Part shown: positions 62,070-64,000 of the stretch, one piece after another
Numbering within the stretch: the first letter of the stretch is position 1
How the letters are laid out: each line of letters opens with the position of its first letter
Source of the DNA: Paragordius varius
Taxonomy: Eukaryota; Animalia; Nematomorpha
Direction: 5' to 3'
Length of the DNA: 64,000 nucleotides
Assembly (NCBI GenBank): GCA_964247055.1
Contig: OZ176052.1
Span: 6,696,001 to 6,760,000 of the forward strand
The notes under the pieces: generated by a model
Databases searched by the model: none
The model's input: the letters and a program-made list of their open reading frames with translations, nothing else
Told to the model about the DNA's origin: nothing
Program-made: the position numbers and the translations under genes

Positions 62070-64000
62070 TTTACCTTACTTTAAGGATTAATAAGTACAC
62101 AAATTTTTTTTAAAAAATTTGTCCATTAAGTTTAATACAAATGATTCTTTTAATAATACAATGAATTAGGTAATTTTTGACAAACAAGCAAATTAGATAC
62201 TTTATTTATTTTCTCTTGAATATTTTTCCATCATTGGCTCGCGGAATCGGTGAATGTCGCTCGCATTTGAAAAAGTTGGGAAGAATTTCGTCTCTGCTAA
62301 AATTATCTGTTCGATATAATAAAATTATTATTTATTACAGAATATATTAAAATAGCAAATTAAAATGGCAAAACAATGCAACTATTTTTTATTTGACGAA
62401 TGAGACTTTAACAGCAGTATTAAATATTTTTAAATATATTACATAGTAACTACATAATAATTAACCATTTGTGGACTAGAAACTAATAGTTAACTGTTGG
62501 AATTATTAACCAAAGCACAAAAATAATTCAAATCTAAAAAATAACGAGAATTATTTTATATAATCCTAAATGCTTTAAATATTTACTTAATGGTGCATTT
62601 TATGGTTGGGTTATGGGTTTTTATTGTCTTTTTTATAGCAAATGCAAAATACTGCTCGGAGGACTGTTTTTTTTCGCTGATATTCAATACCTCCTTATGT
62701 TCTTCGTCACGCCAACCTGAGGAAAGGGGTTGATCAACAGAATTTTAAGTGTCAATTATCCGAATTTCCATATTTGCTTATCTTGTTATTCAATAATCAT
62801 TAGTTAAAGTTGAGAGGTAGTCGATAGAGGGGTTTCAAATGATGAGAAATGATGTCTTTTCTGTTATGATGGAAACATTGTCAAGATTATCATTTTTATT
62901 GTGAATAAACCGAATTTTTTATTTTCTTATCATGTTCTTTTTGATTCTCATTAGTTTAAACGGAGAAGCAGTCAATAGAGAGGCGGGTTCTAATGGCTGA
63001 AAAATAAATTTTCTTATGATGGGAGTACTGTCAAAATTATCAGAATTTTTAGTGCGAAATCGTTTAAATTTCCATCTTATGTTGTTCTTTTGGACAATTC
63101 ATCATTGTAGGGCAGCTAGTTAATTGAATTTCAGGATTTATTTAAATTGCTGATATCAGATCTGATAATTTTTACAGTATTTCCATCATAAAAGAAAAGG
63201 CATCCACTTCTCAGTCACAAGAAACCGCCACTCAATCGACTGCTTCTCAGTTAAAACTAATGAATATCAAAAAGAACATAATAAGTAACTAAAAAATTCG
63301 GTTTATTTCACAATAAAAATGATAATCCTTACAGAACTTACATCATAATAAAAAATGCATTTACTTATAAAACGATGAATATTAAAAAAAGCATAATAAA
63401 TTCGGACCTCGACTATATAAAAATCTGATAATCTTGACATTACTTAAAGTTCAAATTTTGTTATCATATTCTTTTCCATAATTCCTCAATTTAATTGAGG
63501 GATATTCTGATTCGCTAAATCTTACTATTTTTTTATTTGTTCTTCCTGCGCGTTTTAATCCAAATTTGATTCAGAGTCAATCAAAATCTCCATTTTTTAA
63601 GAAAACTGAGCTGAACGGATGGATTTATGCAAAAAATTACTCAAACGCAAACGAGGAAATAATAATGAAAAATGGAAATAAAGTGAAAGACTAATTCAAA
63701 AAACGACTCAGTCATTAGGGGCATCCATAAGAAGAATAATACATAACTCAATGAACTTAAACGTTTTTCGGAAACATGCCTTAAAATCACAATTTGTGAA
63801 CTTTTATTTTTTTAAATCCTAGTTTATCAGTTGAGCGAAACAGAGAAACCAAATCAAATAAAGTGCACAGTCACTCTCGCTGCATTTATGTATTTAAATT
63901 TTTATATTTTGGAATTCATATGGGCCCAAACGTAAGTGATAGTTAACAAAAAAAGTAACTTAAGTTATAAATTCAGGGCCATAAAAAATCCATTTTATGG
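62070..64000. repeat. Copy 2 of the duplicated unit (runs off the window end)
   Basis: Co-linear with 55820-58400 once the 56426-57249 insertion is removed. Confidence 0.85.

Noticed and set aside
63640-63820. Tc1/mariner transposase-like peptide (SIRRIIHNSMNLNVFRKHAL)
   Set aside because: The resemblance is weak, the frame is not preserved in copy 1, and there is no DDE region or TIR.
1-64000. Species assignment, or a non-standard genetic code
   Set aside because: All four genes translate cleanly with the standard code and canonical stops. The organism cannot be named from this window without a search.

Overview
AT-rich, intron-containing animal (invertebrate) genomic DNA. It is not prokaryotic, and I found no rRNA, intact tRNA or CRISPR. 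Four multi-exon genes were reconstructed by hand from GT-AG boundaries and reading-frame continuity: (1) an extracellular heparan-sulfate 6-O-endosulfatase (Sulf1-like, minus, 6504-16822, 15 exons, about 1167 aa); (2) an F-box/WD40 protein (FBXW9/MEC-15-like, plus, 23199-28693, about 461 aa); (3) a DNAJC16/ERdj8-like thioredoxin membrane protein that appears to lack the J-domain (plus, 34230-43693, about 1495 aa); (4) a divergent class C GPCR (minus, 46737-54479, internal 5' exons unresolved). The rest is dense with mostly non-autonomous or decayed transposons: hAT elements with exact 8-bp TSDs, nested Helitron-like and foldback elements, MITEs, a tRNA-derived SINE family, RTE-LINE and Gypsy-like remnants, and a duplicated 2-2.5 kb unit at the right end. 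The most unusual signal is a set of apparent ultra-short (22-31 nt) GT-AG introns that are needed to keep two genes in frame, coexisting with ordinary 57 nt to kilobase introns. Family assignments come from recalled motifs, not database searches. Repeat boundaries without a TSD are approximate, and the species cannot be identified from the sequence.
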